NCBI GenBank assembly: GCA_040758355.1
Contig: JBFLWF010000036.1
Span: forward strand, 1 to 18,921
Source: Nitrospirota bacterium
GTDB taxonomy: Bacteria > Nitrospirota > Thermodesulfovibrionia > Thermodesulfovibrionales > Dissulfurispiraceae
Direction: 5' to 3'
Length of the DNA stretch: 18,921 nt
The notes beneath the pieces were generated by a model. The model saw only the letters and a program-made list of their open reading frames with translations, searched no databases and was not told the origin of the DNA. Both the position numbers and the translations under genes were made by a program. Positions 7,582 through 15,162 of this stretch are shown here, one piece after another. Position 1 is the stretch's first letter. Every line of letters begins with the position of its first letter.

Positions 7582-9627
7582 CTAAAGATTTCCTATGTAT
7601 TTTTTGGCTGCATATACGTCTGTATCTCGGCTTGCCCTCATATATTCGAAATAGGTGGTTAAAACCCTTTTCACATAGTTTCTTGTCTCATCGTAAGGTA
7701 TGTCCTCTATGAACTCATCTATCGTAGTATAGCTGCCCTTTTTCAGCCATTCCCTCACAGCCTCCTCGCCCGCATTGTATGCTGCAATGGCAAGGGGGAT
7801 GGAGTTGAAGGTCTTTACCAGATGTTTCAGGTAGTATGAGCCGATAAGGATATTGGTCTTTGCATCATGGAGCTGACCCGCATTTTTGAGAGCAATTTTG
7901 ACATGCTTATCAAATTTATGAGCAGTAGATGGCATGAGCTGCATTAATCCAAGTGCGCCGGCAATAGACCGTGCATCGGCATCAAACCTCGACTCCTCCC
8001 GCATGACCGATATGATTAAAAGGGGATCGATGCCGTTCCTTCTGGATGCCTCTTCAACCTCCTGTTGAAATGCCATTGGATAAAACAGATCATGGATATC
8101 TTCGCTGTATTGAACCTTTGTAACGAGATTTACAGACATCTTGTAATTGCCCAGATTTTTAAGCTGAGAGCTTATATAGATGAGCCTGTCATGGTCAGGG
8201 TTTTTCTTTGTCAGATGCGTTAATTCTGAAACGGCCTCATTGTTCAGTCCAAGCCTTATCAGGATGTCAACCCTCTCAGATGCACGCGACACATGACGGG
8301 TAGAGGTCGGCTGATCCAATCTGTCATTCCGAGCAGGGCGAGGAATCTCGTCTTTATAGATTGCTTCGTCACCATCGCTCCTCGCAATGACATTTTTACC
8401 GGGTGAACTTTTAAGCAGAGACAGAAATCCATAATAGTCCCGGTGAGAGATATTCTTTTTGTGCAGAGATGCCTTGAGTGCGTCCCCCTCTGTTTTTTCC
8501 GCACACTTATTTTTCCAGTACATATATTTTGACCCGCCGTATGTTTGGTTGAGATGGGAAAATACTTCCGATGCATTTTTACAATCACCCCACATGTAGT
8601 AAGTCCATCCCTTTGCCCAGAGTATTTCCTCCTTTTCAGATGGGTACTTTGATAATGTATTGTTAAATATTTCCAATGCCCTTTCGATATTACCGTCCCT
8701 TCTCTGCTTCGAGCCATACGCAATTAATACTGATGCAACCCTCTTGTCTCCTGTCTTTATCAGTTCCTGCAATTCGGACTCGAAGGTCTCCATGTCGCCT
8801 GCCCTGAATACCGACCTTGCCCTCCAGTAGCGGTTATTTACTTCTTTATAAAGTTCCGAGGCCTCTCTATAACGTTTCTGTCTGAAAATGGAGTATGCAA
8901 GCTTTTCAAGTATTTGGGTTTTGAGTTCTTCTCCTGACTCCTTTTTCAGGGCTTCTCTCAAGCATTTTTCTGCTTCACCGAACATCCATGCCTTGTTGAG
9001 GTTTTCGCCCCTTTTTATGAGGTCTTCTGTTGTTATATCGGAGGGAGACAGTTCATGCAGTGCGCTTTTAAAGAGCGGCGATACCGATACATATATATCC
9101 TTGAATATTCTTTTTGCCTTTTCTGTTTCGCCATTTTCCTTGAGCAATGAGGCATATGCATATTTCATATTTAGCTCTGAAGGATAATCCTTTACAAAGC
9201 CTTCGAGGAGCTTGATTAAATTCCCGTCATTTTTCTTTTTGGCGAGCTCTATCTCTTTTATGCGGACATTTTTTATCAGGGGGGAATCCTTGAATCGCTC
9301 TTTAACTGTTCTCAAGTCGGCAATTGCCCTGTCCATATCCCCTCTGTCCTCATACGCCCTTGCCCTCCAGAGGAGCGCATAGTCGCCTAATACCGGCAAT
9401 TTTTCATAGGCTGTTGTTAATTGCGATATTGCACTTTCGTAGTCGCCTTTATCGAGGCTGTTTTTACCATTTAACAGATAATTGGAAGCATCATCCGATG
9501 CAAAGGAAAATGTTGCCAGCAAGGACATAAGCAAAGCCACGGATGACAGAAGACAGAAGATATGGGTCAGGCATGGCGAAAAGAGGCGTCTTTGAGCCAT
9601 GCCTGACTTGTAAGGTCTAAATCTCAT
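7582..9627 (-). CDS. slt: Soluble lytic murein transglycosylase (Slt70-like, TPR superhelix + SLT domain)
   Basis: Signal peptide ending ...LATFSFA-SDD, TPR-like repeats, and SLT motifs REESRF, GLMQLMP, AAYNAG and IPYDETRNYVKRV. Start may be 9600 instead. Confidence 0.9.
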   Translation of the reverse strand: MRFRPYKSGMAQRRLFSPCLTHIFCLLSSVALLMSLLATFSFASDDASNYLLNGKNSLDKGDYESAISQLTTAYEKLPVLGDYALLWRARAYEDRGDMDRAIADLRTVKERFKDSPLIKNVRIKEIELAKKKNDGNLIKLLEGFVKDYPSELNMKYAYASLLKENGETEKAKRIFKDIYVSVSPLFKSALHELSPSDITTEDLIKRGENLNKAWMFGEAEKCLREALKKESGEELKTQILEKLAYSIFRQKRYREASELYKEVNNRYWRARSVFRAGDMETFESELQELIKTGDKRVASVLIAYGSKQRRDGNIERALEIFNNTLSKYPSEKEEILWAKGWTYYMWGDCKNASEVFSHLNQTYGGSKYMYWKNKCAEKTEGDALKASLHKKNISHRDYYGFLSLLKSSPGKNVIARSDGDEAIYKDEIPRPARNDRLDQPTSTRHVSRASERVDILIRLGLNNEAVSELTHLTKKNPDHDRLIYISSQLKNLGNYKMSVNLVTKVQYSEDIHDLFYPMAFQQEVEEASRRNGIDPLLIISVMREESRFDADARSIAGALGLMQLMPSTAHKFDKHVKIALKNAGQLHDAKTNILIGSYYLKHLVKTFNSIPLAIAAYNAGEEAVREWLKKGSYTTIDEFIEDIPYDETRNYVKRVLTTYFEYMRASRDTDVYAAKKYIGNL
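8322..8392. repeat. Palindromic REP/RPE-like element lying in frame within slt
   Basis: TGTCATTCCGAGCAGGGCGAGGAATCT...AGATTGCTTCGTCACCATCGCTCCTCGCAATGACA; translated as VIARSDGDEAIYKDEIPRPARND. Confidence 0.75.
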
Positions 9628-10720
9628 TGATCTCCTTGTATTCGCTACCCAGCGAATCTGCCAATGCCTTGTTTACAATGTGTCCCGTATAAGTATTAAG
9701 CGAACTTCTTATTATGGGGTCTTCCATTAGTGCCTTTTCAATGCCGTTTTTAGCAATAGTTTTGATATAAGGCAGTGTTGCATTTGTCAGTGCGAGGGTA
9801 GATGTCCTCGGATATGCACCAGGCATATTGGCAACAGTATAATGTATTATACCATCAACTTCATAAACAGGATTGTCGTGGGTGGTTGGCTTTGATGTCT
9901 CTGCACATCCTCCCTGATCAACAGACACATCGATTATAACAGAACCCTTTTTCATAGTCTTTAGCGTCTCTTTTGTTATGAATATAGGCGTCTTCCCTCC
10001 CGGCACAAGGACTGCCCCAATTATAATATCGGCGTTTTTAATCTCTTCCTGTATGTTGTGCATGGTGAGGGGCAGTGTTTTTACCCTTCCCATAAACATT
10101 TCGTCTATCTTTTGCAATCTATCCATACCCCTATTCATGACCACGGTATCCATCCCGAGACCAATGCATACACGGGCTGCGTTTGTGCCCACGACTCCTG
10201 CGCCGAGTATTAATGCCTTTGCAGGGACAACACCACAAACTCCTGTAGGCAGAATGCCTCTGCCGCCATGAATCCTCTGGAGGTAGTACGAACCTACTAT
10301 TGGAGCCATCCTGCCTGCTATCTCACTCATTGGAGCAAGTAGCGGGAGCGTTCCATCTTTCTGAAGGGTTTCGTATCCGAGGGCAGAGATTTTTTTGTTC
10401 AAAAGAAGTTCTGTAAGCTCCCGATTGGGCGCCAGATGGAGATATGTGAATATTGCCTGGCCTTCTCTAATTAAATCATATTCTTGTGGGAGCGGCTCTT
10501 TCACCTTAACTACGAGGTCTGATTTTTTGAATACGGTCTCTCTGTCAACAATATCCGCATCTGCCTTTAGATATTCATCATCAGAAAAGCTGCTGCCTTC
10601 GCCAGCGCTTGTCTCTATGAGGATTGTGTGGCCATCCCTTTTCAGCTCCTCAACACCAAAGGGCGTAATTCCGATCCTGTATTCCTCTTTCTTAATTTCT
10701 TTAGGGATGCCTATTATCAT
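9617..10720 (-). CDS. ald: Alanine dehydrogenase
   Basis: Motifs IGIPKEIK, VKVKEP, FTYLHLA, LLAPMSEIAGR, GAGVVG, DVSVDQGGC, ANMPGA and TSTLALTNAT. Confidence 0.96.
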   Translation of the reverse strand: MIIGIPKEIKKEEYRIGITPFGVEELKRDGHTILIETSAGEGSSFSDDEYLKADADIVDRETVFKKSDLVVKVKEPLPQEYDLIREGQAIFTYLHLAPNRELTELLLNKKISALGYETLQKDGTLPLLAPMSEIAGRMAPIVGSYYLQRIHGGRGILPTGVCGVVPAKALILGAGVVGTNAARVCIGLGMDTVVMNRGMDRLQKIDEMFMGRVKTLPLTMHNIQEEIKNADIIIGAVLVPGGKTPIFITKETLKTMKKGSVIIDVSVDQGGCAETSKPTTHDNPVYEVDGIIHYTVANMPGAYPRTSTLALTNATLPYIKTIAKNGIEKALMEDPIIRSSLNTYTGHIVNKALADSLGSEYKEINEI

Positions 10721-10722
10721 GG

Positions 10723-11922
10723 CTAAAACTGTTTCAAATACTCAATATACGAATTAAAGTTCCTCTTTGTCTCCTCTATACTGTCTCCGCCGAATTTTTC
10801 TAAAAAGGCGTCGGCAACTACAATTGCTGTCATTGCCTCTCCGATAACAGCAGCAGCAGGGACTGCGCATGTATCAGAACGCTCGTATGCAGCCTCAAAA
10901 GGCTCTTTTGTTATTATGTCCACAGATCGCAATGGTTTTCTCAGAGTAGGGATAGGCTTCATTGCTGCTCTGATAACAATCGGCATTCCGTTTGTCATGC
11001 CACCTTCGATTCCTCCGGCATGATTTGTCTTTCTATAAAATCCAGACTGCTGACCGCTGATTGCTGACTGCTGACTGTTATAGAATATCTCATCCATAAC
11101 CTCTGAGCCGAACCTCTCAGCCATTTCAAAACCTGTTCCGATCTCAACTCCCTTTATTGCCTGAATTCCCATCAATGCCTGCGAAAGCCTTCCATCGAGT
11201 CTTTTATCCCACTGTATATGGCTCCCAAGGCCCAAAGGTATATCTGTTGCAATCACTTCAAATACCCCTCCGAGGGTATCTCCATTTTTTACAGCAGTGT
11301 CTATTAATTCCATCATTTTCTTTGACGCATCCTCATCAGGGCATCTTACAGAAGATTCTTCGGTCTTTTTGAAGATTTCTTTGAAATTTGAAATTTGAAA
11401 TTTGAAATTTGAAATTTTTACGTTGCCTATTTGTATCACATAACTTCCGATATTTATTCCGAACTCCAAAAGAAATTTTTTAGCGACTGCACCAACGGCA
11501 ACGCGCATTGCTGTCTCCCTTGCGCTTGAGCGTTCAAGGATATTCCTTATGTCTTTATGACCATATTTTAAAGCGCCTGCAAGGTCTGCGTGTCCTGGCC
11601 TCGGTCTCGTTACAGGAGGGATTGAGCCTTCAAACTTTTCTTCTGATGACATGCCTTCCTGCCAGTTTTTCCAGTCCCTGTTTTCTATGAGAAGTGATAT
11701 GGGAGAGCCTATGGTTTTTCCCCATCTTACGCCGGAGATTATCTCCGCATGGTCGCTTTCGATCTTCATCCTGCCGCCGCGTCCGTATCCGGCCTGTCTT
11801 TTTTTGAGTTCTTTATCGATGTCCTCTGATGATAGAGAAAGCCCTGAAGGTACTCCTTCAATGATGCCCAATAATCCTTTGCCGTGGGATTCGCCTGCTG
11901 TAAGAAATCTGAGCTTATTCAT
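10723..11922 (-). CDS. aroC: Chorismate synthase
   Basis: Motifs LTAGESHG, RPGHAD, ERSSARETA, GGIEGGMTNG, MKPIPTL and ERSD. Confidence 0.97.
   Translation of the reverse strand: MNKLRFLTAGESHGKGLLGIIEGVPSGLSLSSEDIDKELKKRQAGYGRGGRMKIESDHAEIISGVRWGKTIGSPISLLIENRDWKNWQEGMSSEEKFEGSIPPVTRPRPGHADLAGALKYGHKDIRNILERSSARETAMRVAVGAVAKKFLLEFGINIGSYVIQIGNVKISNFKFQISNFKEIFKKTEESSVRCPDEDASKKMMELIDTAVKNGDTLGGVFEVIATDIPLGLGSHIQWDKRLDGRLSQALMGIQAIKGVEIGTGFEMAERFGSEVMDEIFYNSQQSAISGQQSGFYRKTNHAGGIEGGMTNGMPIVIRAAMKPIPTLRKPLRSVDIITKEPFEAAYERSDTCAVPAAAVIGEAMTAIVVADAFLEKFGGDSIEETKRNFNSYIEYLKQF
11045..11079. repeat. Degenerate heptamer tandem repeat (GACTGCT-like x5) within aroC
   Basis: gactgct gaccgct gattgct gactgct gactgtt; encodes NSQQSAISGQQS. 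Confidence 0.85.
11380..11417. repeat. Perfect heptamer tandem repeat (TTTGAAA x5) within aroC
   Basis: Five exact copies at 11380-11414 plus TTT; encodes ISNFKFQISNFK. Confidence 0.9.
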
Positions 11923-11931
11923 GATGTTTTT

Positions 11932-11960
11932 AAGATAACCTAAATAGAGCTTGTCGTCAA
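11932..11960 (-). promoter_or_regulatory. Putative sigma70 promoter of the aroC operon
   Basis: Minus strand TTGACG (11960-11955), 17 nt, TATCTT (11937-11932). It ends 9 nt before the ATG, with no SD. Confidence 0.6.
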
Positions 11961-11979
11961 CAATTTTATTGCTTATAAT
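11951..11979 (+). promoter_or_regulatory. Putative sigma70 promoter of the three-gene cassette
   Basis: TTGTCG (11951-11956), 17 nt, TATAAT (11974-11979). SD GAGGTG precedes ATG 12016. Confidence 0.65.
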
Positions 11980-12015
11980 TGAGATACGCGGACAAAATTT
12001 TAAATAGAGGTGCCG

Positions 12016-13515
12016 ATGGACACTGCCAATCTATCTTATGTCCTCGCTGCATTTTTGAGGCCCTTTTTGCCCTACCTGATAAAGGGAGAAACCGTACCCG
12101 AGGATTACAGGGGAACGGTTTCCGATTCATGGGAATTGGCAAAAGCAATATGGGACAAGCTCAGTCCGAAGATTGAGGACAGACCAGCTACAGAAGAGGC
12201 TGTGCATGGTGTAGTCATAACTCCATACAATGAAGATGCCCTTGCTGCTCTGCGATTTCAATTAAAGAAACTGCTATCTGATGATTCAGAACTGGCAGAC
12301 GAGCTTATCAGTCTATGGACGGAGGCAATAACCTCCGGGGTAGTGGTAGAAAGAGAGCTTACTGCTGAAAAGTGGTTTGATGTCCCTGGCCAGGATGATG
12401 TGTTTAAAAAACTGGAGATGATACGGCTTTTGAGAACAGGCATGTCTCCAGAACAGGTCGCTAAAGAATCTAATACTACTGTTGAGTACCTTTATAGGTT
12501 AAATGCTGCATTTTCATTAAATGGTGTTTCTGGCATCCTCTCAGGTTCTGACATCAGAAATTGGTTTGACATGTTGAGTAAGGACGATCCAATAATAAGG
12601 AGACTTGAGATGGTACGTCTGCTGAGGTCTGGTACACCTGTAGAAGTGATTGCTAAACAATATGATGCTGTTCCGGAGTACATATACAGGCTTAATGAAA
12701 GGTTCTCAAGAGGTGGAGTTATTGGCATACTGACAGAGGAGGATTTTCAGAAATTTCGTTCAATCTATCCTGAGGTTATCCGCATCTGCACTTACAATCT
12801 TCACGGAACCCATTTAAATAATCTGTTCCGATTCAGGCGCATTGCGCGCGAGATGAGCGCCTTTGACCCTGACCTGTGTGCCTTTCAGGAGGTAATCAGC
12901 GGCAATGGCATCGAAGAGACGAGCGCTCAGATAGCAAGGTGGATGACGCATATGACAGGTTGTTATTACCAAACTCGCTATGCTTATTGTCATCCTTTCA
13001 AGGATAAGTACCCGGAAGGGCTTTCTGTCTCTGCGAAACACCAGATCAAAAATACCCAGATAATAGATTTAAATCGTGGACTCAGAGACGGGCTTGTCCC
13101 GGGCCTTGAACGATACACTGTAGCAATAGAAGTTAAGATATACGGACGCAGGATTATTTTTATCTCTGTGCACTTTGACCATGAAAATCCGAAGATAAGA
13201 CTTGCACAGGCAGAAAAATTATTAAGGGAGCTTGATTCCCTCTACAAGAGAAAAGATTACTACGCCCGTATACTGGCAGGGGATTTTAACGATGTGGAGG
13301 ATTCCCCTGTCATGGATTTTCTGAGGGAAAATGGATATAAAGATGCTTACAGGCATTGCCACCCCACCGGAGGCAATACATTTGATGCTGTAACTCCTTA
13401 CAAACGTATTGATTATATAATGGTAAAGGGAAATGTGAATTTCCTCTCAGCAGAATTGATTCTCAAGGACCCCAAATTGAGCGATCATATTGGGGTTTTT
13501 GCTGTAATAAAGTAG
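12016..13515 (+). CDS. Multidomain protein: Bell-like helical N-terminal domain + two HTH repeats + EEP (endonuclease/exonuclease/phosphatase) domain
   Basis: EEP motifs TYNLHG, DLCAFQEV, SVHFD, ILAGDFND, NTF, RIDYI and SDH are all intact. Two ~63-aa repeats WFD...LEM(I/V)RLLR(T/S)G...(V/I)AK...EY(L/I)YRLN..FS..GV.GIL. N-terminus PFLPYLIK...AKAIWDKL...P.NEDALAALRFQLKKLL..D.ELADEL. Confidence 0.85.
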   Translation: MDTANLSYVLAAFLRPFLPYLIKGETVPEDYRGTVSDSWELAKAIWDKLSPKIEDRPATEEAVHGVVITPYNEDALAALRFQLKKLLSDDSELADELISLWTEAITSGVVVERELTAEKWFDVPGQDDVFKKLEMIRLLRTGMSPEQVAKESNTTVEYLYRLNAAFSLNGVSGILSGSDIRNWFDMLSKDDPIIRRLEMVRLLRSGTPVEVIAKQYDAVPEYIYRLNERFSRGGVIGILTEEDFQKFRSIYPEVIRICTYNLHGTHLNNLFRFRRIAREMSAFDPDLCAFQEVISGNGIEETSAQIARWMTHMTGCYYQTRYAYCHPFKDKYPEGLSVSAKHQIKNTQIIDLNRGLRDGLVPGLERYTVAIEVKIYGRRIIFISVHFDHENPKIRLAQAEKLLRELDSLYKRKDYYARILAGDFNDVEDSPVMDFLRENGYKDAYRHCHPTGGNTFDAVTPYKRIDYIMVKGNVNFLSAELILKDPKLSDHIGVFAVIK

Positions 13516-13531
13516 TAAGCAAGGGTTGTTT

Positions 13532-15154
13532 ATGTCTCATCCTGAATACTTTGTTCTTGCCTATCAATGGGATCATAATTGCCATAACCTGATGCAGTCC
13601 ATCAGGAGAAAATTTCAACATATGATATCTGAACTTGACGAGCTAAGGTATCAGGATGCATGGGATATGGAATCCCTTTTAAATTACTATAAGAAGTGGC
13701 ACTACAATAGGGAACTCTACCACCTCACAATCAATAATATAGACAGAAAACAATTTGTAATAAACTCCCTCGGATACAGGGGCTATGGAGTTAATAAGGA
13801 TCTGCTCGGGGCACTGGAGGCCATTAAGAATGAATATGCAGGCCATGCTTATTGGCTGATGGGAGAGAGATTTAAAAGACATATAGACTTTACAAAAAGG
13901 ACAATATACCTGCCGCAGGAACTTATTGATTCGATGGATTCTCACTATATAATCACAGAGCTGTGCAAAAAACTAAGATGGAATCCTGAAGAAAACATTC
14001 CCAGAGCGGCATATCCTGTAGGTTTAAATCCCGGCCATTATTTCCATGTTATGGGAGGAACCCCATGGCCGGTCAATACTGCCATTTTTCAGAAGCTATT
14101 TTTAAATCTTGGCAACTCCTCGATGACGCTTATGAAAGGCAGCATGGGTTACCATAATGTCCTTCCACATCGGGATTTAAAGATTATAGGCAATAGAAAC
14201 TTTATTGATATATATAAAGAGATATTTTCAAGCCTCCATAACTTTACTGCCATAGGCATCGATCTGTTAAAGAGGATTCACTATGTTTTATCGAAGGACA
14301 TCACCCCCAATGCAGGCAACTTCAGATCCCATGATTTTCATGACAGAAATGGTGTTACCTTTGATTTTGGTAATTTCCAAAGGGAGATAGGCGATCTGGC
14401 ACATGTCCTGTGGGAGACAGGACAGAGCTTTCACCATATAGATGACTTTATCTATAACCTGTCCAGGTCTTACTATATGTTCATAGGCATACATCCTTTC
14501 TGGGATTCGAATGGAAGAGTTGGCAAATGCTTTTTAAATTATATGTTCCTTAAAAAGGGGATACCGCCTGTAAGTTTCAAAGATGAAGACGAGGTATTTG
14601 CCCTGCCTCGGTATGGAGGCAGTATGAAGGATATGCATGATTATATCAAGATGAGGGTTATGAGGGCGGTGGATTCTTACTTCTACGAAAAATGGAAAAT
14701 GGAACATTTTGGACTTTTCACTAAAAGGATTTACAATGTCTCTTTTGATTCCGGATTCCATTTCAGGCAGATTGATGACAGGCCTCGCAAGCTGGAGGTG
14801 AATTTTAACGCCTATCTGATAGATGACAGCAATCCATCGAGCTGGCAATACCAGGGTCAGTGTAGAGTAGTTTTTCCCAGCGAGCATCTACTGTACAATA
14901 TGACCATTTACTGCGGTTTTTCCTATGGCCGGCGTGGGGAATGGGAGCATGTTTTTAGCCCCAAGAATAATTTTTTCATAAAGGAGATAAAATCTGAGAC
15001 CTCGGGGGTAAGGGTATTTGATGTGAGCTTTGTAGTAGAACTAAGAGATGTACATTACAATTATGATTATTTCAACTGCTGTGTGGTCTCTCACGAAGGC
15101 GGGCGCATATTTAATAATAATGGTCTGAATTATTCGTATAGGATAGAAAAGTAG
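13532..15154 (+). CDS. Fic/DOC-domain protein with long uncharacterised N-terminus and possible C-terminal carbohydrate-binding module
   Basis: LLKRIHYVL...AGNFR...IHPFWDSNGRVGKCFLNYMFLKKGIPP (motif at 14492-14527). Start is ATG 13532 or TTG 13526. The C-terminus ends FNCCVV...IFNNNGLNYSYRI. Confidence 0.85.
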   Translation: MSHPEYFVLAYQWDHNCHNLMQSIRRKFQHMISELDELRYQDAWDMESLLNYYKKWHYNRELYHLTINNIDRKQFVINSLGYRGYGVNKDLLGALEAIKNEYAGHAYWLMGERFKRHIDFTKRTIYLPQELIDSMDSHYIITELCKKLRWNPEENIPRAAYPVGLNPGHYFHVMGGTPWPVNTAIFQKLFLNLGNSSMTLMKGSMGYHNVLPHRDLKIIGNRNFIDIYKEIFSSLHNFTAIGIDLLKRIHYVLSKDITPNAGNFRSHDFHDRNGVTFDFGNFQREIGDLAHVLWETGQSFHHIDDFIYNLSRSYYMFIGIHPFWDSNGRVGKCFLNYMFLKKGIPPVSFKDEDEVFALPRYGGSMKDMHDYIKMRVMRAVDSYFYEKWKMEHFGLFTKRIYNVSFDSGFHFRQIDDRPRKLEVNFNAYLIDDSNPSSWQYQGQCRVVFPSEHLLYNMTIYCGFSYGRRGEWEHVFSPKNNFFIKEIKSETSGVRVFDVSFVVELRDVHYNYDYFNCCVVSHEGGRIFNNNGLNYSYRIEK

Positions 15155-15162
15155 AGTGGACA

